Assembly (NCBI RefSeq): GCF_009914755.1 | Contig: NC_060941.1 | Length of the DNA: 64,000 bases | Direction: 5' to 3' (one strand) | From: the human T2T-CHM13v2.0 reference genome, Homo sapiens | Shown here: positions 39,908 to 53,639 of the stretch, in pieces | How positions within the stretch are numbered: the first letter of the stretch is position 1 | Layout: each line of letters opens with the position of its first letter | Made by a program: the position numbers and the translations under genes | The notes under the pieces: generated by a model | Databases searched by the model: none | What the model was told of the DNA's origin: nothing | Seen by the model: the letters and a program-made list of their open reading frames with translations, nothing else

Positions 39908-41251
39908 AACTTTAGAGAAAAAATAAAATAGCACATGATTCTAATATGCATCCTGGGTTGAGGTTTGCTTATTTAATTAATCTGCTTTGCAAGAGTGATT
40001 TCATGATGAAATTTTCTGAGGGTTAAAACAGATTCCTTGTGAAGAAGCATCAGAGCATCATGAAGAGCATCAGAAGATGTGCATGTTGGGTGATGGATTT
40101 GGGTGCAGCCGTCCATAGAGACACATAACCAAAAACCCTAGCAGAAACTCACTCTCTGTGCATGTGCAAGCATGTGTGTGTGGTTGTGTGTGTGTGTGGT
40201 TGTGTGTGTCTATCTCTGGGAGGTGAGAATATGGAATCCCGAGGGTCACAGAAGTGACAGCATGGAACTCTAATCCAGATGCTTGAGTTGGTAAATAATC
40301 TGAAGAAAACTCCTATTTTCTATCTCCCTCTATAATAGTAAAAGCTAAGTGATGTTGGCCAGCACCATCCCTATCTGCAGGCAGGAAGGTGCATAGTCCC
40401 CATTCATCCCAAGACTTTAGGGAGATAGAGGGTGACTGAAAAAGTCACACAGAGTAAGGGAAAACCTGATGACAGGCCTTAGGTGAAGCTGTCATCACAA
40501 CTGCCCCAGGTCAGACCTCTCACTGTGCTGATGTGTGTGCTTCTCCAGTTGTCATGGAAACCGGATCTTTCCTCCTGATTCTCATCCCCTTTGCTGTGTG
40601 TTTGGTTTCTCATTTTTTAATACAATTAAGTATGCACTGAAATGTGCACACTTCCTCCCTTATAACCACGTTTCTCCCATATCAAAGCAGCTCAAGAGTT
40701 GTCTTGTGCCTTGTGAGACAAGCGGGTGCTGGGGGAAGCCCTGGTCTCCTCACTCCTCCGTCCTCTAAAGCTGCTCCCCACTTGGCTTCAGCAGTTACAT
40801 TTTGACACTTGAGATCTATGCATTCCAACACATGAGCTATTTTTGCGTTCTTAGATTATGCACAGAAGAAGAAAGTGGATTAATAAAATAATAAGAAAGC
40901 TGGTGGAAGATTCTCTTGATCCAAAGGGGATATTTGTAATGTGCTAAAATAATTAAGAAAATGACCCTAATTGCAGAAAAAGAAAAGCAGCCCTCTGTTG
41001 ATAGCAAACTGAGTTTAATAGAGTGTTAAGGAGGCCACTGTAGTTACAAGATATCTCAATTGTTCTCTTGACAAGAATTTGGGTCTCCAGTTACATTCAT
41101 GTGTAGTGTGCTGAATCCTGTTCCTGCAAGTCTTCTGAAATGTTTATTAATGATTTTTTTTCATGAAGAAAAGTTTCTAAAGACACAAGCTAGGTACTTG
41201 GTTCTTTGCTGCTTTCAGTTGTTAAGACAAAGATAAAATGGTTATATTTTA

Positions 41252-41720
<469 letters not shown>

Positions 41721-42931
41721 TCAACAGCAACCCTTCCTCAGATGCAGCCGGAGCCAGTTTTATTCATGCTTTCTGTAATGCCCCATGTCAGCCTTGTCCC
41801 ATAAGTGTACTCATATCCTCTTTCTCCTCTGAACTAGTCTGCATTTCTCTACACCAGAAGTTGATGGAACCAACCTCAGAGGCAGGACAATGGCTGGAAA
41901 TAGGTGTTACAGGAGGTAAATATTATGAATCCAGTAAGTTGAATGCCTTGTGAGTTATATTGGGTATGTGTTTGTTTCACCCACCAAGTAACACATGCCT
42001 CTAGGATCCATAGTGCCCATTCTTTACTGTCACTGAACACAGCTAAGGGCTTATACTGGTCAGCCCTCATTCAGAATCTCAAGTCTAAATTACATTACCC
42101 TTGGCCCTTTTGGTCTAAGCATGTGACATACAACATAGGACAGAATGCATTATGATCACAATTATTCCTCCATCTAGGTTCACCGTGTCCCTGGAACATT
42201 GCTGAATTTGTCTCAAACTGTTTAGAAACTCATTTCTGATATTCTGGCAAAAATTCCTTTGAGTTTGGGGATTTACCAGATTTAGAAGTGGCAGAGATGT
42301 TTATTTCTTTGTGTGCCTTTTTTATTCACTTATGAGAATTCTAAAACCACTGAAGCAGCCCCGATTTATTTTGCTGCACTGGGACCAAGAGTAACCTGCA
42401 AATAACCAGCTAAACCTGGTGTAGACGAGTCAGTCTTCCAACAAAGATACATTAGCCTCAACATCAGAGTTAACCTGTTGTTCAATATTGAACATCAACC
42501 ACTATAAGAGATTAAATAGTCAAGCCTAAGGAACAGAACATTCACTCAGAGTGTTACCTGAACAATTCAGAACTGGGAACCTATTTTGTCTTTCACACAT
42601 CAGTACTCAAAATCTTTAGGCAGAAACTTAATTTACATACCTTTTTAGGGAAACATGACTATTTCTTACTAATGAGTAACCTGGAAATTCCCTTGACCTT
42701 AAACCTGGTAGGCAGAGTTATCAACAATGTAAACTTCCCCACAATCTCTGGCCCACAACTCTCCATTTTAAAATCACAGGATGTGCCAGTTTCAAAAGCA
42801 GGAACACCCATCCACCCCTGCTATGTTCATTTCCATCACTCAGCGTCCAGCTTTTTCAATGCGTCCTGACCTCAACAAACTCTAATCAGTGTATTTTTAT
42901 TTTATCCTCGGCATTTACTGACTCAGCTTGT

Positions 42932-43560
42932 GTGTCAGTCAAGCGAAGCCAGATGATGCCATGTTAACAAAAATCCAAAATTTTAGTTGCCTAACACAAC
43001 AAAGACCTATCTTTCACTTACACAAAGTCCACAATGGGTCGAGCAACTCTTTAGGGTAACTGTTCTCCATGCAAAAGCTAAGCAATGCAGTTAGAAGAAG
43101 CCTCCATCATCTTATATCTGTATCACAGGTATACTCACCAGGCAGGAAAGAACTGTCTAGAACAGGGGTTGGGAAGCTTAAAGATCCAGATAGTAAATAT
43201 TCTTGACTTTGCAGGCCATGACATCTCTCTCACTACTATTCAACTCTGCCAGTGTAGCATGAAAACAGTTTTAGAAAATAAATAAACAAAATGAGTATGA
43301 CTATGTTCCAATAAAATTTAATTTACAAAACAGGTAGTGGGCTGAATTTGGCCAGCAGGCCACAGTTTTCTGACTCCCGGTCTAGAGTCTTTCAGTGACA
43401 ATGAAATGCTTTTACCTGGATATGGCATATATCACTTTGCCCACATTTTATTTGCTAAAGCAAGTTATATGGCTATGCCTTCAGGAGCCAGAGAGATATA
43501 ATTATCCCAAGTTTTCAGAGGAGAAATAGGAACACATTTATGAGCAGTAATGACTTCACG
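42932..43560 (-). mobile_element. Old MLT1 (K/L-like) LTR interrupted by MER58A
   Basis: taacaaaaatccaaaattttagttgcctaacacaacaaag...atcactttgcccacattttatttgctaaagcaagt. Confidence 0.6.
43163..43379 (+). mobile_element. MER58A (hAT-Charlie)
   Basis: cagggg terminus; 8-bp TSD gtctaga(a/g) at 43155 and 43380. Confidence 0.88.
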
Positions 43561-43627
43561 TTTTCCATGCTATTTTATAAAGACGGGCATAAATGGGAAT
43601 ACTAAGAATGGAAATTAGCTAGCCATC

Positions 43628-44490
43628 TGCTATGGTCTGAATGTTTGTCTCCCCTAAATTTGTGTGTTGAAATTCTAACCCCCAAGGTGTAGGTATTAAG
43701 AGGTGAGACCTTTTGGGAGGTATTTAGCTCATAAGAGTGGAGCCATCACAAATTGGATTAGTGCCTTTATAAAAGAGACTCAAGGGAGCTCATCTGCCCC
43801 TGCCACGACGTAAGGACATAGAGAGAAAGTGCCATCCACGGATTAGGAAATAGACCCTCATCAGACATCCAATCTGCCAGCATCTTGATTTGGGGCTTCC
43901 CAACCCCAGAACTGTGAGAAATAAATTTCTCTTGTTTATAAGCTACTCCATGTATTTTGTTATAGCAGCCTGTGATGGTTTATTTTATGTGTCAGCTTTA
44001 CTGAGTGAAGGAACACCCAGATAGCTGGTGAAACATTATTTCTGGGTGTGTCTGTGAGGGGGTTTCTGAAAGAGACTGGAATTTGAATCAGTGGACTGAG
44101 TAAAGAGGATCCGCCCTCACCCATGTGGGTGGGCGGCATCCAATCTGTTGAGAGCCCAGAGAGAACAAAAAGGTGGAGAAAGGGGAATTCATTCTCTCTT
44201 CTGAAGCTGGGATATCTATCTTCTCCTGCCCTTGGGCATCAGAGCTCCAGTATCTCAGGCCTTTATCCAGTATCTCTGGTACTTGTACAAGCCTGCCGCA
44301 CCCACTCCACCCCCACCTCTTCTTAGGCTTTGGCCTTAGACTGGGAGTTACACCATGGATTCCCTTGATTCTCAGGCCTCTAGATTCAAATTGAATTATA
44401 CCACCAGCTTTCCTGATTCTCCAGCTTGTAGACAGCATATCAAGGGACTTCTCAGTCTCCATAGTTATATGAGCCAGTTCACATGATAAA

Positions 44491-44532
<42 letters not shown>

Positions 44533-44591
44533 CCTATTGGTTCTATTTCTCTGGAGAACCCTGACTAATGTAGCCTGAGCAGACTAAGGTA
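43628..44591 (+). mobile_element. MLT1A0-like LTR split by an MLT2 LTR
   Basis: tgctatggtctgaatgtttgt...agactaaggta; TSD CCATC (43623-43627 and 44592-44596). Confidence 0.9.
43971..44570 (+). mobile_element. MLT2 (C/D-like) ERVL solo LTR containing (GT)18 at 44495-44530
   Basis: tgtgatggtttattttatgtgtc...ctctggagaaccctgactaat; TSD (c/t)agcc. Confidence 0.9.
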
Positions 44592-44599
44592 CCATCTTA

Positions 44600-46770
44600 G
44601 ATTTGAGTCTTAAATCTTAAGTCACCTAGTTGTTCTCCATGACCCCGGGCAGATCAGTTTAACTTCTTGAGAGTGTCAGTATCCCCATCTGTAACATGAA
44701 GACTGCCTTTCTAGAATTATTTGAGGATCAAATGGGATATTACAAGACAAAGTTTTGGAAACCAAACAGAGACTCAGGAAGTTACAATTTGCTATTGCAC
44801 CTTGGGTTTCACCAGACCCAGTTTCAGGATGTCCTTCAACTGAACATTTACACATATTCACAAAAATGTGGGCATTGGCGTACTCTCACTTCTAAGCTCA
44901 ACGTCCAAAGTGGAAGCTTCTTCCAGGCCTTTTTCTTAGGGATCCAGAGCAGAAGTCCAAAATTCTTCTTTTCTATTGTCTTCAGAGTATGGGGTACAGC
45001 CCATAATATTGCAGAGTGAGCCCAGCTGGAAACTCTCAGTGAAAAGACTAGCTGAGCTAAACAAGGGGGAAAAAAGACATGCTACCTCTTTTTTTGAGGC
45101 AAAATTGCTTTAATGTGTTATGCAATTTTTTCCTGCCTGCCTTTTCTCTCTTGGTATCCAGGAGAGTTTCAAAATATCTTAAACGGTTCTCCTAAACCTC
45201 TTCAATCCTTGTGCATTTGTGAGTCTGACATGGTAGCCTTTAATTCCACTCTGTGTTCAAGTTTCTGGGGTGGCTCAGAAATGTGAGAGTCAAGGAAGAT
45301 GGTGCAGGTGAAGGGAAAAAGGAAAACCAGAGTTAAGAGCAAGGGAGAGACAGTTTCTGAGAAGCATTTGAAGGAAGGGAACTAATGCCCATTGAGTATT
45401 TTCTCTGTACCAAGAACATTGTACTCATTATCTAATTTTATGCCCACAATAATACTGCATTGCAGGTTGTCTTATCTCCATCAAAGAAAATGAAACTCAA
45501 AGAGTTTAGGGAACATGCCCAAGGTTACACAGCTAAGAAGCTGCAGAACTAAGATTTGGAGGCTGGTTTGATTCTTAAGTTCATATTTTTTCCCTGCTAT
45601 CAGGCTGTGTCCTTCACAAGACACCTCCAACTGAATAGATGTCAGTGACCCTTCATTTTTCAAGGCAGTTCACTGAATCATTTGTCCCACTGAGGGACAC
45701 TATCCAGGACAATCCAGTACCTGAAGGACTTTTCTGCTCCTTCTTCCTCATCTGTGGAGACCATTTCATACTTGTTCTTCCTTCCTACCCTCCATGTAGA
45801 TTTAGGGCTGAGTTTGCAGACCTGAGGTTTGTGTTTTGTCAATAAAGCACCAAAAATCATTGAAAGCTTAGGGGAAGGAATATCAGTAAGCAAATAAGGA
45901 GACTTGGAATCTGGAATAATAATAATAATAAATATTCATTATTACTATTAGCCAGCTACTTTTCCACATATTAGCTCATACAATCCTCACAAGAATCCCA
46001 GGAAGTCAATGCTACTAACTACATTTTAAAGCCGAGGCACTTTAATATATGATATGATGCAACTTGCCTGAAGTTGGTGGAACTGAGATTTGAACTAGAA
46101 AGAACGATTCTAACACCTGGTTTCTTAACTACTCTGTTAGGGCATCAGTATTTTAAAAAGCACTTCCTGGGTTGAATCTGAAGTTCAGCCAGAGGTGAAA
46201 CCCCATGTGACTCAGTTATTCCACTTCCTGTGCCTCAGTTTCTTCCTCTGAAAGTGAGAGAAGTGAGGTTTAGAACTGTGGGGGATATGTGAGAAGATAA
46301 ATTGAGATGCCTATTAGCATTTGGTGGGCAACTTTGAGGGATGCTAAACATCAAGGGATGCTGAGGACTTACTGCCTGAGGAAGAATTTTCTCGCCCAAA
46401 TTGCCAATAACATCCCACTGATTACAAGACACCCTATGGCTCTCAAAATCTGTGCATGGGTGATTATAAATTCTACTGAGTGCTAAAGGAGGTGGAACTC
46501 TTTCCTTCAATACTGAATGGACTATTCTACTTTAAACATTTAACCAGTAAGCTGTAGAAGAGACAGGCAAGTCTGCAGGTTGACCTTCTGCTGGTGGAGT
46601 GCCTCTGTGACCCCGGAAAAATGTGTCACCATTCTAGGCCTAGGGCTCCTCATGTTTAAAATGGGATTTAAAAGATTCAGTGGGCTCTTCAGAGAATTAA
46701 ATAAAACCATGTATGCAAATCACTAAACGTAGAGATACTTGCTACATAATAAATACTTATAAACAATACA
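44600..46770. mobile_element. Cluster of MIR fragments (~44600-44750 +, 45385-45610 -, 45910-46140 -, 46560-46770 +) among other sequence
   Basis: MIR cores tcagtatccccatctgtaa, gaaactcaaagagtttagggaacatgcccaaggttacacagcta, ctcctcatgtttaaaatggg. Confidence 0.6.
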
Positions 46771-47544
46771 CACATGATGAAATTAATCTCATTTTCCTCT
46801 TTGGGTTAATTAGAGAAGAATCTATGCTAATTCATGTAAAGCATGATCAAAGTAACATAAGCAGTAATTAAAGATGCACACTATGATGAAGTCTTTCAAT
46901 TGTGTGCTTACTGTACTCATGGCAGCTCTGCAACAATCTTAATTTCCTATGTTCTTGTTCAAATGGAAAATCTTGCATAAGGTACCACTAATTTCTCCCA
47001 TAATAAATGTAAAAGTTTTAGTGTGTGTTTATTATTGCATTAAATTAAGATAAAGAATAAATCAAGTAAAAATCAAATATATGTATACTTACATATGATA
47101 GATAACTGTAATCCCATGGGAAACCCCACCTTCCAGCACACATATCCTTTCTAAGAAGGAAACATCACCCTAAGAGGATCCTGTAATTGCAGGTCAGGGA
47201 GAGGAATGTGAAGAGGTCTGAGAGTGAAAGCACTTTTTTTGAAAAGGGATATAAATGTTAGGGGTACAGGGAAAAAAAAAGTATGGAAACTGAAGCAGAG
47301 TTGCTGTTGGGGAATCTGGAGATAAGGATAAGACAGTAAATGGTTCATTCTCATCTTTCCCTCTCTACCCAATCCTCAGTAAAATAATCATGTTTTTCCT
47401 TAAGACCTTGCAGACATGAAACTGTTCCTTGAATTTGTTAAAGGAAAGTACTGGATTCTCCTTCAAATTGGTTTTGCTGCAGGAACAATGACTGTTCAAG
47501 AGTTACTACATTCAAACAATGTAAAGTTTCTGAATTGTTCATCA

Positions 47545-47950
47545 CAACATTGTTAGTGGGAGTTTGGGATTAGAAACAACCCAATGCCCATCGCTGAGGA
47601 ATGGGTAAGCCAAAATGGAAAACATCCATCTGGATGCCATTTAGCAGGAAGAAGCAACAAACTATGTTGTTTACCAGAAACAGTTGGAGAATATAAAAAC
47701 AAAATGATGTTATTAACATAGTGCCATTTAAGTAAATGTATAACATGCTCACAGCAATAAAAATACTATGAATTTTACAAGAGTACATAAAATTTAGAGT
47801 TTCATATTCAACATATTAGAATAGTGGCCTAAGAGTGTACAGAAGTAGTAGGATGGATGAATGGATGGATGGATGGATAGATAAATTTTAAAAATCAAAC
47901 AAAAATGACAGACTTTGAATGGGCCAATGATTATGGAATTGGGGAAGATG
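47545..47950 (+). mobile_element. Old L1ME 3' fragment with (GGAT)n at 47851-47882
   Basis: tagaaacaacccaatgcccatc...ggaatgggtaagc. Confidence 0.5.
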
Positions 47951-48149
47951 ATTAACTCAATTTTTTATACTAAACCACCTCACTCTTCAAAACATTTCTG
48001 CAGCAACCCGGAAATCGATAGCAGCAGTAAAATCAGCCCTGTAGATTTTGCCTTGTTTAGGGACCTTGCAAAATCAATACAAATTGGTAGACCACTCCTA
48101 GTGAATTTAAGAGCTAGTTTCACAGATTTTAAAAAGTTAAAATACTATT

Positions 48150-48500
48150 TAAAAGCTAATCTGAAAAGGCTACATAATATGTAGTTCAAGCATATGACAT
48201 TCCGGAAAAGGCAAAGCTATGGAAAGAGTAAAAAGGTCACTGGTTGCCCAGGTTCTGGGGATAGGTGGGTATGGGGAGGGAGAGATAAATAGGTAGAGCA
48301 TGGAGGATTTTTTAGGGCAGTGAAACTATTCTGTATGATACTATAATAATGGATACATGTCATTATACTGTTGTCAAAAGCCATAAAACAAAATATATCA
48401 CATAAAATTCTAATATAAGCTCTGAACTTTAGTAAATAATAATAATGTATGGGTTGGTTCATTAATTGTAACAAATTGAACCACAGCAAAAAAAAAAATA
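48150..48500 (+). mobile_element. L1MC/MD 3' UTR fragment
   Basis: ctgaaaaggctacata...gacattccggaaaaggcaaagctat...tttttagggcagtgaaactattctgtatgatactata. Confidence 0.8.
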
Positions 48501-49399
48501 GCATTTCAATGCAAGACATGATATAAGAGAACACAAGGGCACAAGGACCAGGGAGCTACATTAAACTGAGGCTAAGATGACAATCATGCTGGGAGAAGTT
48601 GATATCATGTGCCTCCAAGCAGACCAGAGCCAGGCTCTGAGCAGAACATGTTTTCTCTAAAGAAAAATGGGATAAATAGGTGCACTGCTTATATAAACTA
48701 GAAGTGGTTATGCAAATACTCTTACAGGGAAAAACATGTCTACTATCCTTTGCATATTGCAAAATAATTTTAGCAACTGCAGGAGTATAGGATAGAAGGG
48801 GATGAGGCATCCATTTTATTGATTTATTGATTGACTAAAATTTTCTGTGAATTTTCAAAGCCAGGAGAAGCACATCTCAAAGACTGAGGTAGAAGTGACT
48901 TAGCTCTTGCATTATAAACTATATCTCTTTAACTTTCCATTGCTGGATGTCTTTCTCTTCCTTTATAAGGGGAACTAAAAGAGCTAATTGATATAGAGTT
49001 ATTTGAAAGCAGTGTGAAAATATGTATGTGTATATGTTGGTGGTGGCAAGGTGGAGGTGGAACTGTATCATTCCATTAAGAAGAATATGATATGAACTAC
49101 CTTGACAGCTGGTAAAGGAAGTGGATATAGAACAATGGCCTAAAGAATTATCCTGAAACATTATCCAAGGTCACTGATTTCACCAGGGACTATCATAAAA
49201 CGCACTCATGTTGCAATCCTTTCCTCAAGCTCTTTGACAGAGCAGAGTGTGTGTGGGGTCATACGATGACTCTTGATAATTAGTCAAAGAGACAGAGCCA
49301 TGTTTCTACACAACTTAGCAGGCTCTAAATTCAGCACAGAGCAAATGGCTTTTTCCAACTGACCCATATAGAAAGAAAGTCTAATGGAAAAAGGCTAAG

Positions 49400-49660
49400 G
49401 AAACAGAGTGATAATGTGGTAGAAAAAGGCAAATGTTGGAGTCACAATGATCTGGGCTCTAATACCAATTCAAACACTTATTAGTTACATGGCCTTGGGA
49501 CAGTTAGCAAATTTGATGTTGTCTCAATTTCATCATCAGTAAAATGACAGTGGGAATATTTACCTTTCAGAGTTGTTACAAATACTCAAAACAGTCAATA
49601 TAAATCACAATATCTGGAACACAGTCAGTACTCAATGAAAATGGACATTATATTAATAGT
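49400..49660 (+). mobile_element. MIR
   Basis: ttggagtcac...ctgggctctaatacc...ctcaatttcatcatcagtaaaatg...agtactcaatgaa. Confidence 0.7.
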
Positions 49661-50799
49661 TACAGTCAGTGTTTAAGAAAAGTGCTAATCTCCCAACAGC
49701 ACTGCTGTAAAAGAGATTATATAGAGTTTTCCAAAGTCCTCAAAAGGATAAGGATATCTAATATTATTGTCCTTTTTTTGTCCTAAAATGCACAGAGTGG
49801 AAAGCAGCCTTCATGGTTATGGAGGAAGATCTCTTTCATAATCTTGGTCCCCCATGGTCTGTATCATCTCCATCACAACAGCAATAACAAAAGTGCCTCT
49901 TATGTGTTTAGTGCTTTACAAAAAAATTGTCTCATTTTCTCTGACCCCCTAATTTTCCTGGCTCTCCAAACATGGTACTGAATGGCTCATTTGCTGCAGC
50001 TGGTAATTCAGCTCGTCCCTGGGCCTTCATGCCTGCCTTGCTATGGAATATGTAACGCATTTTCCTGGGGAAACAAAGGCTGAAACTGGCAGTCCTAATG
50101 AGTTTTCTACTCTAGGGCTGCTATTCCTCAGCTCAATCAAGGCTACGTGAGGCCTGGACTGGGAAGCAAACCACCATCTTGTTTTTATAGGGGTGGAATT
50201 GGTCCTAACTTTGAATGAAATGACTTGCAGGAAGATGACTTTGGAACACACTCTGCAGGTCAGGGTCTCTGTCATTGGTGGGCCAATTGCCTCACCTCTG
50301 ACAAAGCCTGCACACATCTATGGGAATCCCTAATCTATTCTATTTGTCTGGGGAGGCTGTCAGTGGGCTCAAAGGCAAGGGAGTTGGGTCTGCAGTCACT
50401 TCCTTATTTCCAGAATTGGGAAACCAAGTTTGGGCTTCCCCACTCACTCTCCTGCTTGCAATAAATGCTATAAGCCTAGTCTTTATGGCTGTATATGTTT
50501 TTAAGTTAATGGAATTAGATCACTCAGTAGAATCCAGGTGAGTTATTTTCATAGTGTCAGCAGAAGTATTCATATGACCACAGCTGTGGATGTATCTGAA
50601 CAAGAAGAAAGGAGTCATCTGGCAGGAGGCAAGGACATGACCTCTGCCAAAAGTCTCTTTCTCTAAGTTATTAATTTTTTATTGCAGTTGTACTCCCAGA
50701 GTTCTTAATCTCATGTTTTAAAACCTCTGAATTCTTCCATTTCTCTAGTCAATATAAAATTGGTAAAGAATTATATACTTTGGGTATCTAGGTGGCAAG

Positions 50800-51320
50800 A
50801 TCTAACAGGATCTCATTTTTTACTTACAACAACTTTCTGGGAAAGGTAATACTATTATAGCCACTCTGCAGATAAAAGCATGTAAAACTAGAGAGACTTG
50901 GGAGCTCACTCAAGGTTACCCAGCTGGCAAGTGACAGATTCAGAAGCTGGATTTAGATTTATTAGACTCCAAAGCTCCTATCTCTAATCAATAAGCTGCA
51001 ATTACTCGATGCTTTCTCATTTTTAAAGTACATGATTTTGAAAGTGTAGGATTGTTATTTAAGCCTTCTACCAGTCTTGGAAGGTAGGCAGGACAGACAC
51101 TGTTATCTCAATTTAATAGCAGAGGGCAGGAGGTTTAGGTGGGTCAATGACACGGCCTAGGTCACCAGGTAGCAATTGGCAGTGAATGGAATATGGACTC
51201 TCAGTTAAACAGACCTGGATCTGGGGCTGCCCCGATGTTGTATTCAGCTGCAGATGTCACCTATATTCTCAGTGTTCTCATCTGCAAAGTGGAGCTATTA
51301 ACACCTCCCTTATAGAAAGG

Positions 51321-51368
<48 letters not shown>

Positions 51369-51660
51369 TAGATAGTTTGGGGGCAATTTAACATAGTGGT
51401 TAAAAGTGAGCACCATGGAGTCAGACTGTTTATTTTAAATAGTTCTGTGACTTTGAGAAAGTCATTTAATCTAAGTTTTTGTAAAAAGGGTATAATAATA
51501 GTACTTAATCTGTGGTGTCCTTGGGAGGTATAAATGAAATAACCTATGCAAAATAATTAGTAAGGAGAAGGGCTCAATAAATATTAGCTGTTATTATTAG
51601 TAAAGCCACTTACAACATGCCTAATAGGTGATAGGCAATCAACAAATGCTAACACTCTCC
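50800..51660. mobile_element. MIR cluster (both orientations)
   Basis: caaggttacccagctggcaagtgacaga; ctcagtgttctcatctgcaaagtgg; ggagtcagactg. Confidence 0.6.
51324..51365. repeat. (TG)21 microsatellite
   Basis: Uninterrupted TG run. Confidence 0.97.
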
Positions 51661-52211
51661 ACTATTGCCTGCTTCCCTGATCTAGAATGTGCACATCAGG
51701 ATAATATCCTCCTTGGGTCAGGAGAGACCTCCCTGCCCTTGTGACTTTCACCTGCTTGAACGTGGGACTTTGGGAACCAAGTAAATGAAGGTGAGAGATG
51801 CCATTTTCAAATTTAATAAACACACAGCCACTCACAGTGCATCTCTCATTCCCACTGGCAGGTTATAGGCAGTCTTTTCTCAATTACTTGTGGCTGATTT
51901 TAATGCAAGACCAGTTTTGTTTTGTTTTTTTTCATTTTGCTCTGCATGTTCACTTGTGGGCTCCTCCTGAGTCCCGAATGGGATCTGCTCAGAGAATGTA
52001 AGCCCATATTAATATCCTGAGCAAAACATAATTAGAAAGCTAAATCAGCGGCCACAAGAATAGTATAATGCTTTCCAAAGCTATATAGTGAGTGTGGGGA
52101 ATGCTGGGCTTTATGCTTTTTAAAAGACATTTTCATTTGCTTCGAATTATTCATATCACCTTTATTAGTTTAGAAAATCAAGAAGATGGGACGTCTCTCT
52201 TGATTCCAGTG

Positions 52212-52439
52212 CAGAGGTTGGCAATGTAGGGCCAGCAGCCCAGCCTAGCCCAGCCCATGGCCTGTTTTTGTATGTCAAGTGTTATTGAAATATATCCATG
52301 CCCATTTGTTTACATATCGTGTATGGTTACTCTTGAGCTACAGTGGCAGAGCTGAGTAGTTGTGACAGAGACCAGATGGCCCATGGAGCTGAAAATATTT
52401 ACTATTTTCCGTGCTAGAGAAAAAGTTCAGTAATCCCTG
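52212..52439 (-). mobile_element. MER58A-like
   Basis: cagaggttggcaa...ggcagagctgagtagttgtgacagagacc...aaaatatttactat...ccctg. Confidence 0.85.
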
Positions 52440-53639
52440 TTCTGGCTAGCCTTTAGAACAGACCAAGAGGTGTTCTTTTCTCACTCAACACTGATAGCTA
52501 CCACCTACTCCTAAGACCAGCAGGTGGCCAGGGCTTCACAGAAATGGATGCTTGGCTTGTGGAATAACCTAGCAAATGAAGATAACACGCACGAAATCAG
52601 GGCTCCACGGGGCCTTCCTTTATCACCCTGTGCTCATTGCTCCCATGGGATAGGAGCCCAGGGAAGATCTGCTGGATCCTGCAGGGTCTGGAGGTTGCCT
52701 TAGAGCCAATCTGATTCTTGTGACAGGAAAGCTGCTATGTCGTTGGGATAATCTCCCTGCTGAATGTAGCCTGAGTTTCATAACTCGCAACCTGTGTGGC
52801 CTGAGTTTTACAAATATACTTGGGGGTTCACTTTACATCAACTATAAACAACAAAGATGGAGGTTGTTTGACAATTATTAGCGTGCCTAAGAATTCCCTG
52901 GAGTACCTGGGAATAATGCAGATTCCTGAATACACCAAGAGACTACCAGTTGAATTGTATTTTTTTTAATTTAAAAAGTATGCTGGTTTTTGTTGTTGTT
53001 GTTGTTGTCATTTGCTGAGGATGGTGCTCCTGCAAGCTGCCAGCTGCCTCTTTCCCTTCTGGTAGGCTTACATGACAAGCATTCTTCCTGTGTGATGTGG
53101 ACGTGTAATGCCGGCCCCGGTGAAATCACAGGATGGGGAGGGTTACACGAAGCCATATGTATGCAAGCAAGTTACAAACTCTAAAGTGCTGTGCACACAC
53201 AAGGGGTTTTGATGATGGCATGTCAATCATAAGGGGCTGCATTCCAGATTCACATCATCCTTGGTGGTGTGATCATGTCCTTCAAGTCCAGTCTTGACAA
53301 AATAGGCTACCTGTTCAGTTTTCCTTCATGCTCCAGCAATTCAAAGCGTTGTCTCTGCGGGACATACCTGGTAAAATAACTGACCACTGGGTATTTCCAC
53401 CTTGGAGTCCTCCCTGCACCCCCACACTCAATGTGCCCCAAACCCATATGAAATTGGCTCTTCTCCCTCCTTATTTTCTTGTTTCTCTTGTGATTGGAGG
53501 TTATTTTGTGATATTGATATATCTCCCTTCCCTTCTCTGTATTTTTCTCTTTCTTCCCCCTCCATCATATTTTGTTCTTGCTACAGGGAAGAAAAGCAGA
53601 AGTTTGGGTCTTTTGCTGTGGGAAAGGGAAGACTATTTT

